A DNA stretch of 64,000 nucleotides from a virus. Of this stretch, positions 27,417 through 35,785 are shown piece by piece (position 1 is the stretch's first letter; each line of letters starts with the position of its first letter). The DNA is taken from the IMG/VR virus record IMGVR_UViG_3300021399_000145, positions 1 to 64,000 of that record; one strand, given 5' to 3'. The notes under the pieces are model-generated. The model saw nothing but the letters and a program-made list of their open reading frames with translations, did not search any database and had not been told where the DNA came from. Position numbers and translations under genes: made by a program.

Positions 27417-27809
27417 TTAATCAACTTCACCTAATTCTTTTAACTTCTTTAAAAGTTCCTCTTCGGAAAGATTCTCAAGTGCTTCTTCCTTTTTCTTTGC
27501 GAGAATATCAAGAAGTTTTTGTCTATCGCGGCTTCTCTCAGCCGCTTTTTTACGCTTATCTAGCACCGAATCTTTATATTCATAAACCTGTGCCACAATA
27601 GAAATTTTCTCGTCAAGTTCAACATCGCCAACTTCGCGAGGGGAAAGTAAACTCTTCTTCGGTTTAGAATCTTTCTGTTCACAGAGAGTTCCATAAATCT
27701 TATCAAGACTCTTCATGTCGAGGTCAAAAAGATGCTCCACAGTAAGGTTTCCACGTTCAGACGGGAATCTATATTTGTTCTTCGCCGCGTTAAAAAATAA
27801 ATCTGCCAT
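27417..27809 (-). CDS. Hypothetical Lys/Glu-rich protein
   Basis: ORF track. Confidence 0.35.
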   Translation of the reverse strand: MADLFFNAAKNKYRFPSERGNLTVEHLFDLDMKSLDKIYGTLCEQKDSKPKKSLLSPREVGDVELDEKISIVAQVYEYKDSVLDKRKKAAERSRDRQKLLDILAKKKEEALENLSEEELLKKLKELGEVD

Positions 27810-27832
27810 TACCTATTTTCTCCTTTCTATTT

Positions 27833-29893
27833 TTAAAACTTTACTTTGTATACTCGCCGTTTATCTGACGATTTTACACGAACAATCACATCATTTCTTT
27901 GCGTTTCGGAAAAACCAACGCCAGAAAGCTGATTATCACTATCTTTAACTTTTGCTCTATTACCTAGTGCTTCAAATACTCTCTTGTGATTTGTTACTAA
28001 ATCAGAGTTGAGGTATTCGTTGTACCATCCATTCGGCGTATCTGGATTCTTGCACCCGTCAAGCATAAAGAATAAGTGTTTGTTGCCTATCGCATTATCT
28101 CCCCAGTAATTTGGACTCAACATGATAGCCGTGACTGGAACAAACGTGTTGGTTTTAACTCCCCAAATATCGCCAGAAGAAAAATGGGTATCAACTGGTT
28201 CGATGCAATGTTTAATATTTATATTTCCTTTACCATCACAGGTTAATTCAGCAACTTTTATTGTACGTTTACCACGCACATCACTATAGTTATAATTATA
28301 CACTTCACCATCAATTTCGATTTCCGCTCTAAATCCGCTTCGTCCATTACGATAACTATAAACATCAACAAAGAAAAGATATTTTCCCTTTCTCATTTTC
28401 ATCTTATCTTTGTAAATAATATTTTCCACAGCCGCAACATTGAATAATGGATGTATAATGTCAACATCAAGTTTCCCGCCGTTAGGTGACGTTTTTTCTC
28501 TGTTGGCAAAATATATTTCATAATTCGGTTCTTTGCAATGCGCATCAAGGTCATTTCTGTCGTGGTCATTTCCGTCATTCCACTGAATACTGAAACGAAC
28601 ATCACCGTCTGTATCCCCACCCGCTTTCTTCACGTTTTGCTTAATATCGGAATCAGCAATATTACCGTTATAAGCCCATGAAAAAGCGTTGTTCCATTTG
28701 AACATTGTCGGAGCATCTTCATTTACTGGCGCAATAAGCGAAACGAGATTTTTACCATGTCTACCTTCCATTAATACGTCTATGGATTCAGACTTTGGAA
28801 TGATATGCTTGATAAATTCGTCAATACCTATTTCTGCTACTTTAATCTTTTTCGGATTAACAATTGTTTCTTTCTCTAACTCGCCAAACAAATCATTGGT
28901 TAAATCAACATTCGCTGACGCATCAGTATTTGTAAACAGAACATTATTTACATTTATATCGTCAAGTGTGGCGAAACGCCTAGCAAGTGAATTGGTATAT
29001 CCAAGCTCTTCAACTGTTTTCTTCGCATCTTCTAACATCCTCTTTGTAAAGATTGCTTTCGGACGCTTGTAATTATACGGCGCAACAATTTCTTCATATT
29101 TTCTCACGGCTCTCTCAAGGTCTACACCATCAGTTATGTCTTTGAGCAGTACGCCAATACTACTATTTCTTATATGCCGAAGAGATACAACGCTGTAATT
29201 CTCCCATGAAAAAAGTTTCTTTAACTCGTCTGTATTCAAAGAGTCAAATGTAGTCTTAAATTTTTTAAGAGTTTTTAGGTTCTCTTTATATTCGTTACCT
29301 CTGTAAAGAGAGTTATCAGCAATAAGTTCGAGAACTGTATCAATTGCTTCCAGTGAAATATCGGTGAATGTCTTGTATAAATTTTCAGCGGCGGCTCTAC
29401 TCTCCGCACGTTTTGTTTCGAGCATGTCTTTCTGCCAGATGTAAGCGTTAGGTATATCCACGTAAAAATGTTGCCATACCCAGACCTTACCATTTTCGTC
29501 AAGTTCTTTATTAGACTCTATACCTACTCTGTTCTGGCGATAGAAGTAAGCATGACTTATTTTGGCGTGATTATAAACATATTCTGCAAGTTTGTCCGCC
29601 ACAACTTGATATATATTGTTACCGTCACCAACCTTAAAGTCCCAAATAGATTTTAACTTACCATCTTTTAACGCAACAACAAGACCGATATCTTTGATGA
29701 ATTTGCGACACTCTGAACAATCATGTTCCGTTCTGGTTCTGAAAACTTTATTACTGCCAGACGGATAGCTGTCAAGATAATACTGATAAAACTCATCCTT
29801 ATCGGCATCAATCTCATACAGATGTAAATGATACTCTTCAAACATTTTGTCGATGTTCTTTTTTAACGCTTCTCTAAACTCTAAAAATTTCAT
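27833..29893 (-). CDS. Large hypothetical protein (686 aa); the largest unassigned ORF in the window
   Basis: Long uninterrupted ORF; no motif could be assigned. Confidence 0.5.
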   Translation of the reverse strand: MKFLEFREALKKNIDKMFEEYHLHLYEIDADKDEFYQYYLDSYPSGSNKVFRTRTEHDCSECRKFIKDIGLVVALKDGKLKSIWDFKVGDGNNIYQVVADKLAEYVYNHAKISHAYFYRQNRVGIESNKELDENGKVWVWQHFYVDIPNAYIWQKDMLETKRAESRAAAENLYKTFTDISLEAIDTVLELIADNSLYRGNEYKENLKTLKKFKTTFDSLNTDELKKLFSWENYSVVSLRHIRNSSIGVLLKDITDGVDLERAVRKYEEIVAPYNYKRPKAIFTKRMLEDAKKTVEELGYTNSLARRFATLDDINVNNVLFTNTDASANVDLTNDLFGELEKETIVNPKKIKVAEIGIDEFIKHIIPKSESIDVLMEGRHGKNLVSLIAPVNEDAPTMFKWNNAFSWAYNGNIADSDIKQNVKKAGGDTDGDVRFSIQWNDGNDHDRNDLDAHCKEPNYEIYFANREKTSPNGGKLDVDIIHPLFNVAAVENIIYKDKMKMRKGKYLFFVDVYSYRNGRSGFRAEIEIDGEVYNYNYSDVRGKRTIKVAELTCDGKGNINIKHCIEPVDTHFSSGDIWGVKTNTFVPVTAIMLSPNYWGDNAIGNKHLFFMLDGCKNPDTPNGWYNEYLNSDLVTNHKRVFEALGNRAKVKDSDNQLSGVGFSETQRNDVIVRVKSSDKRRVYKVKF

Positions 29894-29908
29894 ATAAAAC
29901 TCCCGTTA

Positions 29909-30214
29909 TTATTCAGTATATGCAAGCCTATCAGCTTTTACCTCGTACTTTTCTCTCATTTCATCGATAAATTTGTTAAGTTCATTCGGATTTTCGCTTG
30001 TCATTTCAACTTCAAGAAGATGACCCGCCGCATATGCATATACACCCATTGCGCTTTTTGCGTCAACGATATAATGTCTGTCAATGATAAGGTCAATTGG
30101 CGACTTATAGGTTGAACAAATATTAACAAACTCGATTGCTTTAGAAATGTTGTCGTTGAATGAAATTACCATAATATTTTCTCCTTTTCTTAAAAAATAA
30201 AAGCCACTACTCAA
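29909..30214 (-). CDS. HPr-like domain protein lacking the phospho-accepting His
   Basis: AKSAMGVYAYAAGHLLEV aligns with the HPr core (LKSIMGVMSLGVAKGAEI), but the N-terminal His15 position is absent. Confidence 0.3.
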   Translation of the reverse strand: MSSGFYFLRKGENIMVISFNDNISKAIEFVNICSTYKSPIDLIIDRHYIVDAKSAMGVYAYAAGHLLEVEMTSENPNELNKFIDEMREKYEVKADRLAYTE

Positions 30215-30591
30215 TAAAGAACTATGTTAATCAATTTCGTAAAAATAAATTTACGTTATTAACTAGAAATATCAAAGCTGAACCGTATAGGTGAATATTG
30301 AATATCGAAATTACGAATACCTGCGTTAAATGAAATGATGAACGAATGATGCTTAGTGAGTCGAATATCACGATATCGTTTGTCATCTTCTCTCAAATAA
30401 TATTTTCAAATATAACCTAGAAAACGGTCTTTCTTGTATAAGTAATAAGTTTAAATAATAAACATACTATCGTTCGAATACTATATATTCTATTTGATAT
30501 TATGTACCTATTTTAGAATTAGGTAATTCCGCAAGACTACACTTCGTTTGCGATGAAGCGATTAACTATAGTTCTTTACTGAATAGTGGCT
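30202..30591. repeat. Pair of 33-bp imperfect inverted repeats (30202-30234 / 30559-30591) bracketing a 325-bp AT-rich non-coding island with GAATAT iteron-like repeats
   Basis: agccactactcaataaagaactatgttaatc compared with the reverse complement of the second arm, cagccactattcagtaaagaactatagttaatc, shows 3 mismatches and 1 indel. Confidence 0.6.
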
Positions 30592-30607
30592 GATTTTAAA
30601 GCCGTAT

Positions 30608-31291
30608 TTATTTATTTAAATATCTCTCAAAAGCCTCTTCGAAAGATTCTCCTGTCTCGAAAATAGTATCAAACTCAACAAGATTTTGCACAAGTAACAA
30701 ATCAATTGCTTCTGATGTACTATTGCATTCCGAACGTAATTTTAATGCCAGTTTTTTAGTTTCGTTTCTGTCGAAGTCAATAGTTTTAATTCTCTTAACA
30801 TCGTAATTATATGTTACCTGTTCGCCATCTATATTAAATTTCCTACCACTGCCAACAGAAAATTCTTCTTTGCTTTTAATCTTGTTGGTTGCACTGATTG
30901 AATAAAGCAAGTCTCTGTCTTGGCTATTCTTTGTAATTAAAGTATCGTATCTTGAAAGCGGTTCGCGTGTTTTCGCCGCGGTAATAGCTTCCGACAACCT
31001 GTTACATTCATTATTAATATAAATAACAAAATCGATTAACTGATTAGGCGTTATAAAGCTATAAATATTTCTCTTTAGACTAATGATATTCTCAACCTTA
31101 TCATCTTCATCCTTATTCACTTTGTTAATGTAATGCTCTTCGATAGTTTTTGTCATAAATGAATCGTCTATCAATAGTGAGCAACATTCGTTAAAGAGAT
31201 TTTTGAAATAGTTTTTGTACTCAAAGCTCTTTTTTAAAGAAATCACTTCTTTGATTCTCCTTTCATTTTTGCTATTCGCGCAGTCGAACAA
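30608..31291 (-). CDS. Hypothetical protein
   Basis: ORF track. Confidence 0.4.
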   Translation of the reverse strand: MFDCANSKNERRIKEVISLKKSFEYKNYFKNLFNECCSLLIDDSFMTKTIEEHYINKVNKDEDDKVENIISLKRNIYSFITPNQLIDFVIYINNECNRLSEAITAAKTREPLSRYDTLITKNSQDRDLLYSISATNKIKSKEEFSVGSGRKFNIDGEQVTYNYDVKRIKTIDFDRNETKKLALKLRSECNSTSEAIDLLLVQNLVEFDTIFETGESFEEAFERYLNK

Positions 31292-31433
31292 TCCCTAAAA
31301 CCCTATCATTCAACTGCGCATTATAGTTACCTGTACAGGTTGGTTATTTTGCCTACTTAGACCTTTCACGGATTCGCACCGCACCTCTTCTCACCAGACC
31401 TCAACCACCGAGCGGGAATCGAACCCGCCTTCG

Positions 31434-31508
31434 TTGTGAGTTCGGGACTCGAACCCGAAACCTTTGGTTTATAAGACCACTGCGCTCACCTAGTTGCGCC
31501 AACTCACA
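31434..31508 (-). tRNA. tRNA, probable anticodon UAU (Ile, AUA decoder); 75 nt
   Basis: Folded manually: acceptor TGTGAGT/ACTCACA 7 bp, D-stem GCGC/GCGC, T-arm TCGGG-TTCGAGT-CCCGA, anticodon loop CTTATAA. The anticodon stem has a G:A mismatch at position 27:43. Confidence 0.55.
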
Positions 31509-31513
31509 ATAAG

Positions 31514-31585
31514 CAGGGGTAGTTGGATTCGAACCAACGAATACAGCAGTCAAAGTGCTGTGCCTTACCGCTTGGCGATACCCCT
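31514..31585 (-). tRNA. tRNA-Gln (anticodon UUG); 72 nt
   Basis: Acceptor AGGGGTA/TACCCCT, T-arm GTTGG-TTCGAAT-CCAAC, anticodon stem CAGCA/TGCTG with loop CTTTGAC. Confidence 0.7.
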
Positions 31586-31700
31586 AATTTTATTATACTG
31601 TGCCTTTCGCAATAAATGATTTCGTGACGCATCACTACTTTCCACACTTCCGTAAAAGCTGTCTTTCACCGTCAATCCGTAAATTTCGGAGGGCATTTAT

Positions 31701-32498
31701 TTATTCTTCTACCAATTTGATAAATTTTGCTGTACCACTATTTAAATCTTCGAAAGATTCAAATTTTCTTCCGTCCGTCGGTCGTGTATCTCCATCATCA
31801 TCTATGAGTTTGCCGTCGGAAATTTCATAAATCTTTCCAAGTGTGTATCCTTCGCCTTCTTTTGTGCAAACAACCTTCATATTAAACTTTTTATTGTGAA
31901 TCTCTTTATCCTTTGATTCAGTGTATAAATCGAAGCAATTGCAATCTACCCACCAGTAATCACAACAATCATCTTCTTTATACACCTTCATTTCACATTT
32001 GAATTCTGGTGTCGTTCTAATACTTATTTCTGAAACAACACCAATCCAACCTTTATTTGTTATAGCGTAATGATTCTTGTCATTACCTATAACTTTATCT
32101 CCAACAGTGAATCCTAAAACAAGGCGACTGAAAGCGATGATTGCACCAGTTTTAAAATCATACTTATCCTTTGTGTTACACCTTACTGTACACTTTTCAT
32201 TTGTGTTTTTATTAAGAGCGGTGACAACGCGTTCATCACTGTAAATTACAATAGATTCCTTCTTAAGCTCTTTACTCATAGCACGTTCATCCCAAGTCCA
32301 ATGATCCCCATTCTTTAATTTAATACAGTAACCATTTGAAATATTATCTATACCAGTAATCTCCGCCATTTCTCCAACATAATCTTCCATTGGAGAGTAT
32401 GGAATCCAACCGCCCGCAAAATTTGGAATTTTAGAACCATTAAGTAAATATACATTATCACCAACTTTAAACTTACCAGTAAACTTTTCTTCTTTCAT
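31701..32498 (-). CDS. Hypothetical protein with internal repeats (start reassigned to MKEEKF to avoid the tRNA-like element)
   Basis: The N-terminal 29 codons of the ORF-track ORF read through the tRNA-like element. The internal ATG lies just downstream of it. Confidence 0.4.
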   Translation of the reverse strand: MKEEKFTGKFKVGDNVYLLNGSKIPNFAGGWIPYSPMEDYVGEMAEITGIDNISNGYCIKLKNGDHWTWDERAMSKELKKESIVIYSDERVVTALNKNTNEKCTVRCNTKDKYDFKTGAIIAFSRLVLGFTVGDKVIGNDKNHYAITNKGWIGVVSEISIRTTPEFKCEMKVYKEDDCCDYWWVDCNCFDLYTESKDKEIHNKKFNMKVVCTKEGEGYTLGKIYEISDGKLIDDDGDTRPTDGRKFESFEDLNSGTAKFIKLVEE

Positions 32499-32529
32499 TT
32501 TAAAACCCTTTTTATTATTTTTAAATATT

Positions 32530-32605
32530 GGGGCGGCGGGACTCGAACCCGCACCACGGAACTGTCTTACCGCGCTCTTCCACACTGGTTAAGCTACACC
32601 CCTTA
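32530..32605 (-). pseudogene. Degenerate tRNA-like element (canonical T-arm and acceptor 3' strand, non-canonical anticodon arm)
   Basis: GTGCGGG-TTCGAGT-CCCGC-CGCCCCA at the 3' side and GGGGTG-TA-GCTT... at the 5' side fold as tRNA. The middle gives only a 16-nt arm with a 6-nt loop. This may be a pseudo-tRNA or may reflect a sequence error. Confidence 0.3.
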
Positions 32606-32890
32606 CTGGCGACCCCCTTGTACTTCGGGAATACTTTAATGCTCATTAACACACCAGTCTTATATACGTTTGCGAATATCACCATTCATATCTCACAATA
32701 AATCAACCGTTTCGAACCAGTTGAAACGCATACGTTTTCGCAAGTCTCACGCACGAAGCATTATCAGTTTGCGCGAAGATAATGCTATATTAACTTGCGA
32801 AACGCTACCGAAACATTTGAAGTTTCTTTAATCACAGCCTTTCGCCGTAGTAGCGCGGAGGGCAATTTGTCAACAAACAAAATTACCGAA

Positions 32891-32973
32891 TGCGGGTAGT
32901 GGGATTCGAACCCACACGGTATATAACCAAAGGATTTTAAGTCCTTTGCGTCTGCCAGTTCCACCATACCCGC
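32891..32973 (-). tRNA. tRNA-Leu (anticodon UAA), type II with long variable arm; 83 nt
   Basis: Acceptor GCGGGTA/TACCCGC, anticodon stem AAGGA/TCCTT with loop CTTAAAA, variable stem GGT-TATAT-ACC, T-arm GTGGG-TTCGAAT-CCCAC. Confidence 0.7.
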
Positions 32974-33160
32974 TTATAAATTCTGGCGACTATAGAATAC
33001 AGCATATATAAAGAAAGGAAGGAGATAAAGATGAACCAATTATGAACAACTTTGTGTACTTCCATAGCCGCCAGTGAAAGGAAGAAAAAATATGAAAAAC
33101 TGTGCCGAATGCACAAGTATTTGTTTGTCGTTTGTGGTCTATCTCTCAACCACTACGTGT

Positions 33161-33189
33161 ATTATACTACTCACGTTCCCCTTTGTCAA
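33161..33189 (-). promoter_or_regulatory. Promoter family copy upstream of the tRNA cluster (TTGACA-AAGGGGAACGTGAGTAGTA-TATAAT)
   Basis: Read on the minus strand, about 190 nt upstream of the tRNA-Leu 5' end. Confidence 0.6.
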
Positions 33190-33199
33190 CAAATATTTT

Positions 33200-33736
33200 T
33201 CAATTTTTTTCATCTGTTGAGCCGATTCCGCCTTTTCTCTCGCCAGAAGCCGAATCATTGTCTGTTGTTAAGTAAGGAATAAATATGCCCTGAGCATAAC
33301 CTTTTCCAGTTTCTAATAAGAACTCTTTATTACCGTCATTGATTAGCTTAATAAAGATATGTCCTTCATTCTGTTCATTATTATAATAGTCAGCGTCAAT
33401 AATCCCCATTGTATTGGCAAGCATTACCTTATATTTAAAGCCAATACTGCTTCTCGGCAAAATACCAAGGAAAGTCCCGGTATGAACGCCATCCATACGT
33501 ACTTTTATGCCAGTTGGGATAACTAAGCTCTCTCCGCTAGGAAAACTCGTATTTTCGAACTGCCAAATGAAGTCATATCCGGCAGATTGCACAGTTTTTC
33601 GCTCTGGAATGGCTATTTTTTTGTAACTTTTGACGATTTTTTCTCTTATTAAATTTGAATTTAATCGGTGCTCCCCAAAAGCCATTATACACCCCTCTGC
33701 ATACTTGTCAAAAGACACTTTTTCAAACCTAATCAT
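33200..33736 (-). CDS. dut: dUTP diphosphatase (dUTPase family)
   Basis: All five dUTPase motifs are present: SAGYDF, LPRSSIG, GIIDADYY, GYAQGIF and RKGGIGSTD. Confidence 0.75.
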   Translation of the reverse strand: MIRFEKVSFDKYAEGCIMAFGEHRLNSNLIREKIVKSYKKIAIPERKTVQSAGYDFIWQFENTSFPSGESLVIPTGIKVRMDGVHTGTFLGILPRSSIGFKYKVMLANTMGIIDADYYNNEQNEGHIFIKLINDGNKEFLLETGKGYAQGIFIPYLTTDNDSASGERKGGIGSTDEKN

Positions 33737-33753
33737 GAAATATCCTCCTAAAA

Positions 33754-34488
33754 TTAATCAGTCTGAATACTAAGAATGAATTCTTTAGTGAACCACGGCA
33801 TCATTTTCTCTAACTGCTCCTGTATAGATTCAGCAAGCTCTTTAACTTCTGGATTTGCTGTGCTATTTGCGTTACGCTCCCTGTATACATGCGCCCACTC
33901 AGTAAGATTGACTTTAAATATGAAAGAACTGGGTATGCTCTCCATATATAAACCGCGCTTTACATCTTTATTATTCTTTAAATCGTCCAGAATGTAGCCG
34001 TTTACTGTTTTAACATATGTTTTACCATTCACAATGACAGAAGTAGGTAATTCAATTTTAAACCTTTCGCAAACTGCATCGGTCGGGATAATTTTTTCTT
34101 TATAATAATCTGACATTTCGCCAGAAGAGAAATTTGCTAACCTTGTACTGGCTCTAATAATCCTATTGTCGAATCGTTTCGCGTGACTATCCCAATCATC
34201 TTGCCCCGCCCTATGGATATCTTTTACTGTCACAGACAAATCAACAAAACGCAACATTGTGGAATGTATTCTTCCCCACTTGCAGAGTTTCTTCATATAA
34301 TTATCAAATTCGTTTCTATCCACTTCATACGCATAGTCAGCTTCATACTTTCCATTATAGGCATTTGTACAGCTATAAACCAAATCTCGTATATTCTCTT
34401 CCTTGTCTCGCGTCCATGAACGTTTAGAAAAATACATTGACGTTATAGCATCATCAATTCCAGAAATTTTATTTAAATACACATTCAT
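33754..34488 (-). CDS. ThyX-like protein (flavin-dependent thymidylate synthase family, tentative)
   Basis: IHRAGQDDWDS resembles the ThyX RHR-x7-S signature with the first Arg replaced. It is about 240 aa and sits in the nucleotide-metabolism block. Confidence 0.3.
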   Translation of the reverse strand: MNVYLNKISGIDDAITSMYFSKRSWTRDKEENIRDLVYSCTNAYNGKYEADYAYEVDRNEFDNYMKKLCKWGRIHSTMLRFVDLSVTVKDIHRAGQDDWDSHAKRFDNRIIRASTRLANFSSGEMSDYYKEKIIPTDAVCERFKIELPTSVIVNGKTYVKTVNGYILDDLKNNKDVKRGLYMESIPSSFIFKVNLTEWAHVYRERNANSTANPEVKELAESIQEQLEKMMPWFTKEFILSIQTD

Positions 34489-34510
34489 TTAATTGAATTC
34501 CTCTCTATAA

Positions 34511-35092
34511 TCATTCATTTAATAACTCTTTTTTCACAGTCTCGATACTTTTGAGCGGCAAACAAGACATTTCTTCAACAATTCTATCTGTATTATAATC
34601 ATGTTTTAAAAATCTATATGTTATATTTTCCAACTGTTTTAAGGTATCGCCGTAAATAACTTTATACATTTTTTGGTTTGTATTTTTATTATTAAGTCCG
34701 CCGCGAGACTCTATATAACTTCCGATTTTAATATAATCAATGCAAACGTTATCATAAAATATACTAAATTTAGATATATTACAACTACCACTATATATAC
34801 AAACTTTATATCCGCGCTTCTTTACAATTTTGCATAAATTTAATAATTCATTTAAGTTTTGGTCGCCACCCATAAAGCATACACAAGTGATAAGCGAGTT
34901 ATATTTATCTATTAGTTTATCCAAATCATCAGAAATATAATTACCTGTATATTCCCAAAGATATTTTGAGTGGCAACCCTTACATTTGTAAGGGCAACCA
35001 CTTATATTAATAGCAAGAGAAATTTCATCTGGTACTTCTTCGCAAACTATAGCATAGCTAACATATTTAAGTTTCTGTTTCTGCATTATCAC
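34511..35092 (-). CDS. nrdG: Anaerobic ribonucleotide reductase activating protein (radical SAM)
   Basis: CPYKCKGC is a CxxxCxxC radical-SAM motif. It lies immediately downstream of nrdD and overlaps it by 26 nt. Confidence 0.7.
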   Translation of the reverse strand: MIMQKQKLKYVSYAIVCEEVPDEISLAINISGCPYKCKGCHSKYLWEYTGNYISDDLDKLIDKYNSLITCVCFMGGDQNLNELLNLCKIVKKRGYKVCIYSGSCNISKFSIFYDNVCIDYIKIGSYIESRGGLNNKNTNQKMYKVIYGDTLKQLENITYRFLKHDYNTDRIVEEMSCLPLKSIETVKKELLNE

Positions 35093-35537
35093 TCCAATAA
35101 TAACGCTTATGTTCTTCTTCCTGTCTCTTTTCGGAGAACTTTGATACGCGCTTTAAATAACCGATAACTCTTGTTGCATAATCAACATTCTCAGAGCCGC
35201 AAACAGGACACTCAGAGTATCTATGCTTGCTAATATTCCCGCAATCATTACAGATTGTATTCGGTACATTAAACGTAAAATATGAACAGCCAGTCTTAAT
35301 AGCTACGTTCATTAAGTGACGATACTGTTCTTTGCTCAAATGTTCTTGCAGATTCGCATGAAGCGCAGAGCCACCATCGAGCCACTTAGTTGTCTTATCG
35401 CCGTGAAGAATAAATTTATCTAACAGCGAACAAGTTTCGTCTTCTGGCTTATAGAAATATGAATTATAGCAATCGCGAGGTGAGAAGTATCCGTCTTCCT
35501 TATCCCACTTTGCATTTTTTACGCCGAGATTTTCAGC
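35067..35537 (-). CDS. nrdD: Anaerobic ribonucleoside-triphosphate reductase NrdD, exon 2 (C-terminal Zn ribbon plus glycyl-radical motif)
   Basis: CNDC...CPVCGS Zn ribbon followed by RVIGYL, which is the glycyl-radical loop. The 22 ORF-track codons upstream of AENLG are read-through of the intervening sequence. Confidence 0.7.
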   Translation of the reverse strand, partial: AENLGVKNAKWDKEDGYFSPRDCYNSYFYKPEDETCSLLDKFILHGDKTTKWLDGGSALHANLQEHLSKEQYRHLMNVAIKTGCSYFTFNVPNTICNDCGNISKHRYSECPVCGSENVDYATRVIGYLKRVSKFSEKRQEEEHKRYYWSDNAETET

Positions 35538-35785
35538 CAATCTGTTACTTTTATGACCAGTTAATAACTGGCGGTCAAGGTTCTTCGACCCCAACTCATG
35601 CATTTCATTTAAGGTTATTGTGCATGTTCAGACTATCACATCCCCATCGAAATGGAGTCCTCTTATTTAGTCGTTCACGGTGTATTTAAACTTCCGCCCT
35701 GTTGTCCACCTCTGGATTTCCAAGTCAATTAAAGAGGATTGCTATAGCGGATTATGTATTATGCCGCTAAATGCCCACATAGTTT
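35538..35785 (-). other. Candidate group I intron (about 248 nt) interrupting nrdD
   Basis: The exon-1 end GUGCCU can pair with intron GGGCAU 10-15 nt downstream, giving a P1 helix with a U:G at the splice site. The intron ends in G. Joining the flanks gives an in-frame TEYVP/AENLGVKNA. Confidence 0.45.

Noticed and set aside
31395-31433. A second tRNA overlapping the tRNA-Ile 3' end (T-arm GCGGG-TTCGATT-CCCGC plus acceptor-like TCGGTGG)
   Set aside because: No complementary 5' acceptor strand or D/anticodon arms can be placed without overlapping the adjacent tRNA. It is kept only as a fragment within the tRNA-island finding.
32785-33149. ORF-track minus-strand ORFs 32785-32967 and 32937-33149
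   Set aside because: They overlap tRNA-Leu and its promoter region. They are low-complexity and are not considered coding.
35625-35642. GTTCAGACTATCACATCC on the + strand resembles the group I intron R element (GUUCAGAGACUACA)
   Set aside because: It lies on the strand antisense to nrdD, so it cannot be part of an intron in that transcript. The intron proposal therefore rests on the P1 pairing and boundary evidence, not on this match.
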